Source: an uncultured Gammaproteobacteria bacterium
GTDB lineage: Bacteria; Pseudomonadota; Gammaproteobacteria; CAWCPV01
Assembly: GCA_963797555.1 (NCBI GenBank)
Contig: CAWCPV010000017.1
Span: 32,001-96,000 of the forward strand
Length of the DNA stretch: 64,000 nt
Direction of reading: 5' to 3'
Shown: positions 42,931 to 52,757 of the stretch, piece by piece
Position numbering within the stretch: position 1 is the first letter of the stretch
Layout: each line of letters starts with the position of its first letter
The notes under the pieces: generated by a model
Databases searched by the model: none
The model's input: only the letters and a program-made list of their open reading frames with translations
Told to the model about the DNA's origin: nothing
Translations under genes and position numbers: made by a program

Positions 42931-44235
42931 TTATGCATCAGCCCCGACCATCACCAGCGACTGCGAGTCTTCGCTCCAGCGGAACCGGGCGCCGATCACC
43001 TTCTGCTGCTGGGTAGCCTTGTCCCGGATTTGGATGCCGCTCAGGACGATGTCCTGGCCGTCCGGGGTCGCCGTCGCGCCGGAAAAGTCGAACTGGTCCA
43101 GGTAGCTGAAGCCCCCGGGCCTCACGACCGTGATGTCGTTCGCGAGCTGCATCTGGCCCCCCATGGAATCCTGCATCCCGACGCTCAGCCTGTGAAAGCC
43201 GGCGCTCAGCTCGCCATAGTTGAACGTCATCCCCCAGCCGCTGCTCTCGGCGTTTGGATAAGTCGGATGGGCTTGCCCGACATCGGGGCGCTCCGAGCCG
43301 TAGGGAATGGTGCCCATCGGAGTCCCATCGACGGTCAACTGAACCCCGGTGACGGAAGCACCGGACTGGGTGGTGAAGGTCCACCCGCGGAGGATACCGA
43401 CGCCGGCGGCCGGCTCGTTCGCGGCCGGGCTCTCGAAGTAGCCCACCATGCCGCCCATGCAGCCTGGGCAGCCGCCCGGGCCCCCGAAGCCCGGCCCTCC
43501 GAACATAGGCTGAGCCCGCGCCTCGGGCACGCTCCCGGCCAGCCACCCGAACACCGCAGACGGCAACCCGGTGAGCCAGGAGCGGGTGGCCAGCGCCAGA
43601 GAGCGCAGGGACGAATTGGCCGCCACCATCTGCGTCCCCACCATCCCCAGGGACTGGGAGTTGTTGAACCACTGGAAGCTCGCGTCGATCACGCGCTCCT
43701 GCTGGGTGTCCTTGTCACGCACCGTCACACCGTGCAGCGTCAGCTCGTTGCCAGCGATGCTCGCGGACGCATTGGAGGGATCGAACTTGTCGAGGAAGCT
43801 GAAGTCGCCGGGCCTGACCACCGTCACCGTGCGGGGTTCGGTCGAGACGACCTCCCCGGTGCTGCTCTGGAGATCGACGCGAACGGAATGGGGTCCGGGA
43901 GCGAGATTCCCCCAGTTGAAGGTGAGCCCCCAGCCGCTGGTCTGGGCGTTCGAATACATCGGATAGGCTTGGCCGATGTCGGGGCGGGTCGAGCCGTAGG
44001 GGATGTCTGCCTGAAGCACGCCATCCACGAAAAACGCAACACTGTTTATCTGGCTACCGGGTTGGGTGTCGAAAGTCCAACCTCGAACGATGCCGATGCC
44101 GGAGACGGGCTGGCCGTTATCCGGACCCTCGAAATTAAAGGACATACTCGCCCACGCCGAGCCAGGCAAAAGACTTGGCAGGCAGACAGATGCAACCAGC
44201 AAGGCAGCAAAACTAAAACGCGATCGCGATGTCAC
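42931..44235 (-). CDS. Exported protein with two tandem beta-rich (Ig-like) repeats and Gly/Met/CxxC linker
   Basis: Signal peptide; repeats share RGWTF..VDG..IPYGS.RPD.GQA.P.Y.NA..SGWG.TFN..VVRPG.FS.LD.FD. Confidence 0.7.
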   Translation of the reverse strand: MTSRSRFSFAALLVASVCLPSLLPGSAWASMSFNFEGPDNGQPVSGIGIVRGWTFDTQPGSQINSVAFFVDGVLQADIPYGSTRPDIGQAYPMYSNAQTSGWGLTFNWGNLAPGPHSVRVDLQSSTGEVVSTEPRTVTVVRPGDFSFLDKFDPSNASASIAGNELTLHGVTVRDKDTQQERVIDASFQWFNNSQSLGMVGTQMVAANSSLRSLALATRSWLTGLPSAVFGWLAGSVPEARAQPMFGGPGFGGPGGCPGCMGGMVGYFESPAANEPAAGVGILRGWTFTTQSGASVTGVQLTVDGTPMGTIPYGSERPDVGQAHPTYPNAESSGWGMTFNYGELSAGFHRLSVGMQDSMGGQMQLANDITVVRPGGFSYLDQFDFSGATATPDGQDIVLSGIQIRDKATQQQKVIGARFRWSEDSQSLVMVGADA

Positions 44236-44870
44236 GTGATGGTCCTCCGTGGGAATTGCACCAGCATCCGACGACTCCTCAAGGCCCTTGTCGCCTCAGG
44301 CGGGGCCCTGTCGAGTCTTGTGGTTGCCGCAAGTAAGCTCATGCATACAAGAAATCGAAAGTCCGCTTGGAACGGATTGCATCCGGGCTTGAACCTTCCC
44401 AAGCCGCGGCCGCCCGGACTCCGAGAATGGAGCTGGATCAGCCCATCGCTCGCTGCGGTCTTCATTTCTGATCCACACGAATGTGTGGCTAGAGGGTTAG
44501 ACCACGTTCCATCCGCTCGAAGGTCGCACCGGCGCCGTCCGAGGGGTCCGCTGGGCAAGTGCTTGCAAAAATCGCGGTCGTGGAAGTCGGGTGCGTACCG
44601 GTCACGGCTGTTGGACAGCTATTGATGGGAAAGATTCCTTACTGAGGTCGATTCAGGCGGCCAGCGCCAAGGTCTTGAGCACACCGGCTGGGCCCGCCTC
44701 TGCCAGCCCCACCGGTGCACCCACCCACTGGTGCTCAGGCGTGCTCGAGATCGAGGCTGACAGAGGACCCTCGGCCTACGCGTCGGCTCAGTGTGGGCCG
44801 CGATTAGTGCCTGGACCCAGCGGAAGGTGGCTCGAATGCCCCGAACATCTCGTTTGGGGCCGGGGAAGGC

Positions 44871-45251
44871 TCACTGACCCCGCCCCATTCCCCCTCCGGG
44901 CCCCATCATGCCGCCCCCCGGGCCCATCATCCCTCCGGCTCCCGGGCCCATCATGCCGCCGGCCGGGGGCACTTCGGGCAGGGTCACTCCCATCTGCTTG
45001 GCCCGTTCCTGCATCTGCTTGTGATGCTCGAGGCGAAGGGCGTCACGTTCCTCCTGCGTTTTCACGCTGCGCATCTTGGCTTGGTATTCGGCGCGCTCCG
45101 CCGGAGTCATGAGCTGGCTTCCGTAGATGGGTTGCTGCTGCGCGGCCTGCTCCGTCGGGGTCCCGGCGCTCGGCTGAGCAGGCAAGGCGGGATAGAAGCC
45201 CATCGTCAGTACACCGGCGACGGCTGAGGCGATAACGAGTTGCTTGGACAT
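44871..45251 (-). CDS. Exported helical protein with GGMMGPG tail
   Basis: Signal peptide; IYGSQLMTPAERAEYQAKMR..EHHKQMQERAK; 21-bp coding tandem repeats. Confidence 0.75.
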   Translation of the reverse strand: MSKQLVIASAVAGVLTMGFYPALPAQPSAGTPTEQAAQQQPIYGSQLMTPAERAEYQAKMRSVKTQEERDALRLEHHKQMQERAKQMGVTLPEVPPAGGMMGPGAGGMMGPGGGMMGPGGGMGRGQ

Positions 45252-45456
45252 GATGATCTCCTGTAAAGGCTGGTGGGGCTGCAATCCGGCGCATGGGCCG
45301 ACTGCAGACGTTGACGGCGGCACAGGCTGTATCCATGCCACCAAAGGCTCATCGGAAAGCGGACCTCTCACCGCAGAGGAGACGTTCTGCGGGGCCAATC
45401 CATCCCAGGCTCTCTGGTGAAACAACGCGCGACCCTGGCTCGGCACTGCGTCTGCT

Positions 45457-45972
45457 CTAATGGTGCGGGACCACTGCGGGCCAGCCCGTAGGCGGCTTCC
45501 AGTCCTTCACCACCTTGTCGGCACTCGGTTTGTGGCGCTGGAGCTGGAGCGCCGTCATGCCGTCGTGTCTCCCGTTTTCGTTGTAGAGAACGTCAATCAC
45601 CACCCCCTCGTGGTCGAACTCGAGCGTGTAGCTGCGCTCGCCGTAGCTGGGGTGTGTCTCGTAGACGCTCTTCTCTTCGCCGCTCGGCTCCCGGTAGGTG
45701 TGCTCCTGACGCCGCTCGCCGACCTCGTACGTCCACCCCACCAAGCCGTTGGGAAGGATCACCACCCGGTCTGGCATTCCATGACGCACGAAGGCGGCCT
45801 GCTTGGTGATGACCCCCAAGGGGTAGTCCTGGAGTGGCTCCAGCCGATCGACGTCGGTGGAAAATCCTGGGGGAACGGGCAAAGTAGGATGCGAGGGCTG
45901 GGCAGGAGCCGTGCTCGGCCATGGGGAGCCGAAAATCAGTACGGACAACAGGAATTGGACTTCGCGTCTCAT
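45457..45972 (-). CDS. Exported hypothetical protein
   Basis: RBS AAAGGAGGAG before MRREVQF; signal-like N-terminus. Confidence 0.6.
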   Translation of the reverse strand: MRREVQFLLSVLIFGSPWPSTAPAQPSHPTLPVPPGFSTDVDRLEPLQDYPLGVITKQAAFVRHGMPDRVVILPNGLVGWTYEVGERRQEHTYREPSGEEKSVYETHPSYGERSYTLEFDHEGVVIDVLYNENGRHDGMTALQLQRHKPSADKVVKDWKPPTGWPAVVPHH

Positions 45973-46036
45973 GCGGACTCCTCCTTTTTGGCATTGGACC
46001 GGAACTCGGCCCGAATGGTGGCGACACGCAATTGCG

Positions 46037-46870
46037 TCACGGCCGGTCAGCCAGCGCCCCGTCGTTGAGGGCCCAATCATGCTCGAAGAACTGCGTCTTC
46101 ACGGGGTTCTGCTGCAGCCACTCCCTGAGGTCGGGCTTCAGATATGGCAGGATGAACCCGAGGACCCCTCCGCCTCCCTCCGGGAACAGGTCCCGGTCCT
46201 GCTGAAAAATCCAGGAAAGCGTCAGGGTCCGGGAGGCCTTGTCGAGCCGCATGCCCTTGGTGGGATTGGCGAGGAACGCCCGGATCAATGCGTCGAGCTG
46301 CTCGTCGAGGCGCGAGGCGGTAAACGCCGCGGCGGTGCGGTCCGGACAGCTCACGGCGGCGCAGCTCACGGCAAACACGATGCGGGGGTCACCGTACCGC
46401 TCCAGCAGGATGTCCTTCTCGATCTCGCGCAAGGTGTAATCCTTCCCGTGGATGCGGACCGCGTCCTTGGACCATGGATACTTGAGCAGGCTGATCTTCA
46501 GGCTGCGAATCGAGTCCACCGGATAGTGGTCCACCACCAGCCGCATCGCGCCGAGATTGTATGCATTGATCCAGAACGCCTTGGCGGCGTTCGCACCCGG
46601 CAGATCGGCCAAGTCGGTGCGCTCCAAGGCGGCGACCGTTTGGCGAAACAGAGAACTCCCGGCCTGTGCGTCCCTGGCCATCTGGCCATAGTCGAAGACC
46701 GTCGTGCGAATGCCATGGATGGTGACCGCTGGCCGCCAGTACCGCTGGAGCATTTCGCCGTAGAGGCGCTCGAAATCGCCCGCCGGCCCGGCGAGGGCGT
46801 GCCCGCCGACCAGGCAGCTCAGGCCGACCAGAGCCGGGCCTGGCCATATCCGAAGTCGCTCAGCGATCAC
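46037..46870 (-). CDS. DUF547-domain protein (start uncertain)
   Basis: KAFWINAYN, TLREIEKDIL, DPRIVFAVSCAAVSCP, HDWALN. Confidence 0.85.
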   Translation of the reverse strand: MIAERLRIWPGPALVGLSCLVGGHALAGPAGDFERLYGEMLQRYWRPAVTIHGIRTTVFDYGQMARDAQAGSSLFRQTVAALERTDLADLPGANAAKAFWINAYNLGAMRLVVDHYPVDSIRSLKISLLKYPWSKDAVRIHGKDYTLREIEKDILLERYGDPRIVFAVSCAAVSCPDRTAAAFTASRLDEQLDALIRAFLANPTKGMRLDKASRTLTLSWIFQQDRDLFPEGGGGVLGFILPYLKPDLREWLQQNPVKTQFFEHDWALNDGALADRP

Positions 46871-46935
46871 TCCCAATCTATTCGCTCCCCGCCCGAGCCC
46901 GCTTCCGCCGCGGGCATGCGATGATGTGCACGCCT

Positions 46936-47190
46936 CTACGCCCGCGCCGCGAACAGGTTGTACAGCGGCACCCAGATGAGCGCGAAGTACCACCCGTAGG
47001 CATAGCTCTCCACCAGCCCGAGCAGGAAGCTCTTCCAGCTCAGCCACACGAACCCCGGCAACAGCCTCTGCCATGCCTCGAACATGGCGTGCTGCGGGAA
47101 GAGCAGGTCGAAGCCCACACAGAGCACGAAAGTGACGGCGAGGAACAGACCAGTGGCCTGGCCCACCGCCACGAGCGATACGCGTCTCAT
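46936..47190 (-). CDS. DUF5676-like membrane protein
   Basis: FVLCVGFDLLFPQHAM..LLPGFVWLSWKSFLLGLVESYAYGWY; typical of copper clusters. Confidence 0.75.
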   Translation of the reverse strand: MRRVSLVAVGQATGLFLAVTFVLCVGFDLLFPQHAMFEAWQRLLPGFVWLSWKSFLLGLVESYAYGWYFALIWVPLYNLFAARA

Positions 47191-47470
47191 GTTGTCCCTC
47201 CTGGCCGACCGAGGTATGTCTCGGGCTCGGCCTCGAACTTGTCCGGATAGCCTCTGGAGCAGAGGCGGTAGCGATGGCCCTCGTGCATCTTCGTGTACCC
47301 CTGGTCTGAGGCGACCTCCATGCCGCAAACGGGATCTACGTCGGGCTGAGGGCGGCCCCGGTCACGGGCGCCGGCATGGTCGTCCCGTCCATGCACCAGG
47401 TGCGTCCCGCACCCGAAGCGTATCGTCAGGTGAAAAGAGACCCGCGAACGGCAAGAGCGAGAGCAAACCC
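47187..47470 (-). pseudogene. YHS-domain protein, degenerate
   Basis: RFGCGTHLVHG, DPVCGMEV, YRLCSRG..DKFEAEPETY; 5' end damaged. Confidence 0.7.
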
Positions 47471-47515
47471 TCCAAGGGCCGCCTCCGCGAGTGGCTCTCG
47501 AAACCTCATACAAAC

Positions 47516-47547
47516 AGCTTACAGCCTGTGTGCCGCGCACAGGTCAA
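47516..47547 (-). promoter_or_regulatory. MerR-type promoter/operator 3
   Basis: TTGACC-N20-TAAGCT with dyad CCTGTG..CACAGG. Confidence 0.75.
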
Positions 47548-47585
47548 GCCCGGCCCGCGTGGACCGGGCCTGCCATCCGGCTTGC

Positions 47586-47831
47586 TACTTCACGGTCTCC
47601 TGCATCAGCTTGTGCTCCTGAATCATCTGCTGCAGCAGACCTTCCATCAGCTCCCATGAGGCGCCCCCGCTCCGCGGCCTTGGCGGTCTCCGCCTGCTGT
47701 AGCACTGCCTGGGCTTCCCGGGACTTCTGCTCCGCCATCTGCAGCAGGGGGTCGCGTCCGGCCCAGGCCGGTGACGACAGAGTCATGGCAGCAGCCAACA
47801 GTCCACTCACAGCAACGATGGGCTTCTTCAC
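47586..47831 (-). pseudogene. Small exported helical protein, probable internal deletion/frameshift
   Basis: Signal peptide; reading continues ELMEGLLQQMIQEHKLM in another frame. Confidence 0.5.
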
Positions 47832-47962
47832 GACATGCTCTCCTTGGTTGAAACGCGGCGACGATGGCTACGCACCGAGGGTGCGCGCCTTTCCCTTGCT
47901 CCGCTCGTCGAGGTCGCGCCGCCTTCCCTCGAGAGTCTTCCGACGGTATCGGCCGAGATTCT

Positions 47963-48619
47963 CTACTCGCCCCCCCGCCGAGATGTCAGACGAGGGAAGA
48001 ACGGCGGCACGCGCCGCGCGTAACGCACGTACACCTCGCCGAACTGCGCCCCCATCTCGTGTTCCTCGCGCCGCGCCAGGCGCACGTACATATAGGTGAG
48101 CACCGGAAACATCGCGAGCGTCAGCAGGGTCGGCCACTGCACGAGAAACCCGACCATGATGAGCACGAAGGCGGCGTATTGCGGATGGCGGAGGCGCGCG
48201 TACGGCCCGCTCGTGGCTGGCGCGTGCGCACGCTGCGCGGCGTAGAGCACCTTCCAGCTCGATGCGAGCAGCCAGAAACCGCCGCCGATGAGAGCGTAAC
48301 TCAGGAGGTGAAACGGGCCGAAGTGAGGGTGCGTTTTCCAGCCGAACAGCATCTCCAACAGATGCCCAGAATCGTGTGCGAACCAGTCTACACCGGGATA
48401 GTGGCTCTGTAGCCAGCCCGACAGCAGATAGATGGTAAGCGGGAAGCCGTACATCTCGGTGAACAGCGCCACGATGAAGGCCGAAAACGCGCCGAAGGAT
48501 CGCCAGTCGCGCGGTGTGCTCGGGCGGGTGAAGCTGAAGGCAAAGATAAGGAACACCAGGGAGTTGAGAATTACCAACGACCACAGGCCGTATGCAGGCG
48601 CAGTGGTCGACGGACTCAT
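47963..48619 (-). CDS. Isoprenylcysteine carboxyl methyltransferase-family membrane protein
   Basis: EMYGFPLTIY, GPYARLRHPQY, EEHEM..FGEVY..Y..RVPPF. Confidence 0.88.
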   Translation of the reverse strand: MSPSTTAPAYGLWSLVILNSLVFLIFAFSFTRPSTPRDWRSFGAFSAFIVALFTEMYGFPLTIYLLSGWLQSHYPGVDWFAHDSGHLLEMLFGWKTHPHFGPFHLLSYALIGGGFWLLASSWKVLYAAQRAHAPATSGPYARLRHPQYAAFVLIMVGFLVQWPTLLTLAMFPVLTYMYVRLARREEHEMGAQFGEVYVRYARRVPPFFPRLTSRRGGE

Positions 48620-48828
48620 GGCTTGTCTCCCTTCTCCGCGCCCTGATCATGCCCACCGTGGCCGAAAAAATGGAGCAGCGGGCACAGGGCCAGCAGCACG
48701 AACGGCAGCGCCCCGAGCACGTGCGCCTGATGTTCCGTGAACAGGAAAAACCCGGCGATGGCGAGGAAGCCGGCGAACGTCAGGCCGATTCTCGCGCCGC
48801 CGTGTCCCGTTCCCCGCCGGTGATCCAT
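48616..48828 (-). CDS. DUF2933-domain membrane protein
   Basis: FFLFTEHQAHVLGALPFVLLALCPLLHFFGHGGH. Confidence 0.82.
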   Translation of the reverse strand: MDHRRGTGHGGARIGLTFAGFLAIAGFFLFTEHQAHVLGALPFVLLALCPLLHFFGHGGHDQGAEKGDKP

Positions 48829-48883
48829 GCGTCTGCTCCTTTGCCTTGTTCCGGTCGCCCCATGGTCGCGGCGTTCGGCGTCC

Positions 48884-49123
48884 TCAACTTTCGAGATCCT
48901 TTTTCCTGCGTTCGAACTCATCCTTGTCGATCTCTCCGCGGGCGTACCGCTCGTCGAGAATTTGCCGCGGCGTCTTGTCCGCGCCGCGACCGGCGCCGTC
49001 GGCCGCGCGCGCCAGCCAGCGCGCCGCCGCGACAACGATCACGAGGATGACACCCCAATAGAGGACCATGTGGAGCAGTCCTCCGCCCCAACCCGAGCCA
49101 TAACCACCCATGCCGCCCCACAT
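48884..49123 (-). CDS. SHOCT-domain membrane protein
   Basis: TM segment plus ILDERYARGEIDKDEFERRKKDL. Confidence 0.85.
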   Translation of the reverse strand: MWGGMGGYGSGWGGGLLHMVLYWGVILVIVVAAARWLARAADGAGRGADKTPRQILDERYARGEIDKDEFERRKKDLES

Positions 49124-49142
49124 GTCACACCTCCGTATATGG

Positions 49143-51257
49143 CTAGACCCGCGCCGGCGCGCCGGCGCGCCCCAGCAGCTTGGCGTTGATCGCGACGATC
49201 ACGGTGCTGAGGGACATGAGCGCCGCCCCCATCGCCGGGGACAGCACCAGGCCGGCGCTGTAGGCCACCCCGGCGGCGAGCGGGATGGCGACCACGTTGT
49301 AGCCGGTCGCCCACAGCAGGTTCTGCACCATCTTGCCGTAGGTGGCCCGCGACAGCGCCAGGATGGCCGCCACATCGCGCGGGTCGCTGCGCACCAGTAC
49401 GATGTCGGCGGACTCGATGGCCACATCGGTGCCAGCCCCGATGGCGATCCCGAGGTCCGACTCGACCAGCGCCGGCGCGTCGTTCACGCCGTCGCCGACC
49501 ATCGCGACCGTCAAACCTCGGCCCTTCACCTCCTTGATCTTCTCGGCCTTCTGATGCGGCAGCACCTCCGCGAAGTAGTCGTCCAGCCCCAGATCTCCCG
49601 CCACGGTGCGCGCCACGGCCCGGGCGTCCCCGGTCAGGATCATGCACTGGATGCCCATACGCTTGAGCTGGGCGATGGCTGCGTGGGATTCCTTGCGCAC
49701 GATGTCCGCGAGCGCGATGGTGCCGATCACTTCGTCGTCCTGCATGACATAGACCACCGTCTTGCCTTGCTCGGCGAGCCGCTCGATGCGGTCGTCCCGA
49801 GGCGCCAGCCCCACCGATTTCAGGAAGCCGGGGCTGACGACCTTCACAGCCCTGCCGTCCACTGTGGCCTCGGCGCCCTGACCGGTGAGGTTGCGGAAGT
49901 CGCGCACCTCACCGACGGCGAGCCCGCGCTCCTTGGCCGCGGCGACGATTCCCGTCGCGATCGGGTGCTCCGACTGGCTCTCAAGAGCGGCCGCCAGGCG
50001 CAAGACTTCGTCCTCGGGCAGCCCGCCGAGCGGGAGCACCTCGGTCACGCCGAAGCGCCCCTCGGTCAGCGTGCCGGTCTTGTCGAAGACGATGGCCTGA
50101 AGGTTGCGCGCGCGCTCGAACGCCGCGCGGTCGCGGATCAGCAGCCCGTTGCGTGCCGAGAGGCTGGTGCTCACGGCGACTACCAGCGGCACCGCGAGCC
50201 CCAACGCATGGGGGCAGGTGATGACCATCACCGTGACCATGCGCTCCAGCGCGAACTCGAAGGCCTTCCCGAGGGAAAGCCAGGTGAGCAGCGTCACGCC
50301 GCCCGATGACAGGGCGATGTAGGTGAGCCACTGGGCGGCGCGGTTGGCGAGGTCCTGGGTGCGCGAGCGGGTCGCCTGGGCCTGGCGCACCATCTCGATC
50401 ACCTGGGAGAGATAGGTGGCCTCCCCGGTCTTGCGGATCTCCAGCGTGATGGCTCCCTCGCCGTTCACGGAGCCACCGATGGCTTCCTGACCCTCACCCT
50501 TCTCGACCGGCTTGGACTCGCCGGTCAGCATCGATTCGTTGAGGGTGGTACGGCCCTGGGTGATCACCCCGTCCGTGGGCACCTTTTCCCCCGGCTTGAC
50601 CAGCACCCGGTCACCCGGTTTCAGGTCGGCCGCCGACACCTCGTCCGTGCTCCCGTCCTGCCGCAGCCGGTGGGCCGTGGAAGGGAGCAGCCTGACCAGC
50701 GCCTCCAGCGCCCCGGACGCCCCGAGCACCGACTTCATCTCGATCCAGTGCCCGAGCAGCATCACGTCGATCAGCGTGGCCAGCTCCCAGAAGAACACCT
50801 TGCCAGCGAGCCCGAACACCACGGCGGCCGAGTACAGATAGGCGACACTGACGGCGAGCGCGATGAGCGTCATCATGCCCGGCGAGCGCTTGCGCAGCTC
50901 ATCGGCAAGACCCTTCAGGAACGGCCAGCCGCCGTAGAAGTAGACACCGCTCGCGAGCGCGAAGAGCACATAGAGATTGCCCGGGAACGCGAGCGCCTGC
51001 TTGAGCCCGAGGAAGCGCTGGATCATCGGCGACAGCGCGAGGATGGGCACCGTCAGGGCCAGCGACACCCAGAACCGCCGTCGGAAGTCGGCGATCATTC
51101 CCGCGTGGTCGTGCGCGCCGTGCTCATGTCCCGCGTGCGCCCCGTGGGCCGGTTGCGCGTGCATGGCGGCCGACGGCCCACGGGACCCACTCATGGGGTG
51201 GGTGCGAGACTCGCGGCCGTGTTCGGTCGTGGCTGGATGGCGCTCGCCCATGGTCAA
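49143..51257 (-). CDS. copB: Copper-translocating P1B-3-type ATPase
   Basis: His-rich N-terminus, TGES, CPH, DKTGT, SEHP, GDGVNDAP, GYN and MSLST motifs. Confidence 0.92.
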   Translation of the reverse strand: MTMGERHPATTEHGRESRTHPMSGSRGPSAAMHAQPAHGAHAGHEHGAHDHAGMIADFRRRFWVSLALTVPILALSPMIQRFLGLKQALAFPGNLYVLFALASGVYFYGGWPFLKGLADELRKRSPGMMTLIALAVSVAYLYSAAVVFGLAGKVFFWELATLIDVMLLGHWIEMKSVLGASGALEALVRLLPSTAHRLRQDGSTDEVSAADLKPGDRVLVKPGEKVPTDGVITQGRTTLNESMLTGESKPVEKGEGQEAIGGSVNGEGAITLEIRKTGEATYLSQVIEMVRQAQATRSRTQDLANRAAQWLTYIALSSGGVTLLTWLSLGKAFEFALERMVTVMVITCPHALGLAVPLVVAVSTSLSARNGLLIRDRAAFERARNLQAIVFDKTGTLTEGRFGVTEVLPLGGLPEDEVLRLAAALESQSEHPIATGIVAAAKERGLAVGEVRDFRNLTGQGAEATVDGRAVKVVSPGFLKSVGLAPRDDRIERLAEQGKTVVYVMQDDEVIGTIALADIVRKESHAAIAQLKRMGIQCMILTGDARAVARTVAGDLGLDDYFAEVLPHQKAEKIKEVKGRGLTVAMVGDGVNDAPALVESDLGIAIGAGTDVAIESADIVLVRSDPRDVAAILALSRATYGKMVQNLLWATGYNVVAIPLAAGVAYSAGLVLSPAMGAALMSLSTVIVAINAKLLGRAGAPARV

Positions 51258-51343
51258 GCCCTCCGTTCTTCCGCGCCTGCAGTGGAATAGATGCGCAGAA
51301 TGCTGGCCTCGGCCCTTACCTGTTGGGCAGGCCGAGATTGTGA

Positions 51344-51375
51344 ATGCTACAACCTGTGCGTCGCGCTCAGGTCAA
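51344..51375 (-). promoter_or_regulatory. MerR-type promoter/operator 2 (upstream of the ATPase operon)
   Basis: TTGACC-N20-TAGCAT with dyad ACCTG..CAGGT. Confidence 0.78.
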
Positions 51376-51779
51376 GGCTCTGCGGTAGACTCGATCAGCT
51401 CGCAGACCCTATCGCCGTCAGGGACGCCGTCGGGCATCGTGTGCCATTTTGCGAGCGCTCGCTCCATGCGGTGCTGGAGTGCATTCAGCTCTTCGAGCCG
51501 TCGACCATTCTCGCCGATACGCCGCTCGATGATCTGTCGCACCCGGGGACACGGGGACCTGCCCTGCTCCGCGTCGTGCAGGATTTCGCCGATCTCTTGG
51601 AGCGTGTATCCGAGATTCTTGGCGAGACGGATGAAATGCAGCCGGCTGATGTCGGTCTGCGTGAATATGCGGTATCCGTTGGATTTTTCGCGCGCGGGTC
51701 GGAGCAGGCCGACGCGCGTGTAGTACCGGACCACATGGGCCGGAACCCCGCTGCGCCGAACGACCTCGGTGACCTTCAT
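51372..51779 (-). CDS. MerR-family metal-responsive regulator
   Basis: VVRYYTRVGLL..NGYRIF..FIRLAKNLGYTLQEI; Cys in SPCPRV and RVCELIE. Confidence 0.9.
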   Translation of the reverse strand: MKVTEVVRRSGVPAHVVRYYTRVGLLRPAREKSNGYRIFTQTDISRLHFIRLAKNLGYTLQEIGEILHDAEQGRSPCPRVRQIIERRIGENGRRLEELNALQHRMERALAKWHTMPDGVPDGDRVCELIESTAEP

Positions 51780-51840
51780 GGTGCCTCGGACTCACCACGA
51801 GCCTGGCCCCGGCTCGGTGCCGGGACCAGGACCTGCTGCC

Positions 51841-52563
51841 TCACTGGGTGGAAGCAGCCGCCTCCTGCTGCATGAGCTGGCCAAGCAGCTCCTGCACCGT
51901 GTTCAAGCGCTGCTCCAGCGCGTCCACCCGTTCGGTGAGCGCCTCGACGCTCTGCTTCATCATCATGTGCTTCATCATAGCCATCATGGGCATCATCTCA
52001 GAGCCGCCCATCATGCCCTTTTCCTCGCCAGCCATACCCATCTTCGGGCACTGCTCCATCGTGCCGCCTGGCTTGCCCCCCATCATGCCCATCATCCCTG
52101 CCTTCTGACCGCCCATCATTCCCTTGCCGCCCATCATCCCCATCATGCCTCCTTGCCGGTCGCCCATCATCCCCATCATGCCGGGACCTCCCATCATGCC
52201 TCCGCCGGCAGTCGCCGTCGGGCGGGCCTCCATCATGCCTTGCAGCATGGACATCAGGTCGTGCATGGCCTGCATGTGCTCGGCGAGCAGCTTCCGGCGT
52301 TCGGCCGGGTCCTTGGTGGTCTGCAAAGACTGCATTTGCTGGCGCATCTTCTGGCGCAGCTCTTGGAGGGGAGAGAGGGTCTGCGCCGCGCTCCCCTGAG
52401 GCTGCGTCACCGCGGGCTGCGCCATCGCAGCCTGAGCAGCCGGGGTCGCCGCTCCCTCGGGATGGTGCGCCTCGTGCCCCTCTTCCTGGGCGACGACGGC
52501 AGGAGATAGCAGAGATCCGCCCATCAGGACGCATGCAACGGTTATCGCACTGTAACGGTTCAT
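51841..52563 (-). CDS. Exported Met/Gly-rich protein, probable copper binder
   Basis: Signal peptide, HEAHHP, LAEHMQAM, repeated GMMGMMG. Confidence 0.75.
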   Translation of the reverse strand: MNRYSAITVACVLMGGSLLSPAVVAQEEGHEAHHPEGAATPAAQAAMAQPAVTQPQGSAAQTLSPLQELRQKMRQQMQSLQTTKDPAERRKLLAEHMQAMHDLMSMLQGMMEARPTATAGGGMMGGPGMMGMMGDRQGGMMGMMGGKGMMGGQKAGMMGMMGGKPGGTMEQCPKMGMAGEEKGMMGGSEMMPMMAMMKHMMMKQSVEALTERVDALEQRLNTVQELLGQLMQQEAAASTQ

Positions 52564-52725
52564 GTCGACTCCTCGTAGCAGTGAGTGAATGGAGATCCAA
52601 TGACCCGGAGCCCGACCGCTCCGGCCGCGCAGGCCGCGAGGCCAAACCCCGGCCAAGTGCGGCACCGGACCGGGCTTCCCTTTGAGGGGAACGCCGGCAC
52701 ACCCGGCGCCCTCCGACCCGACCCC

Positions 52726-52757
52726 AGTGTGAAACCTGTACCCTGCTCACAGGTCAA
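52726..52757 (-). promoter_or_regulatory. MerR-type promoter/operator 1
   Basis: TTGACC-N20-CACACT with dyad ACCTGT..ACAGGT. Confidence 0.72.

Noticed and set aside
44885-44965. 21-bp tandem repeat as a non-coding array
   Set aside because: It encodes the GGMMGPG tail of the exported protein.
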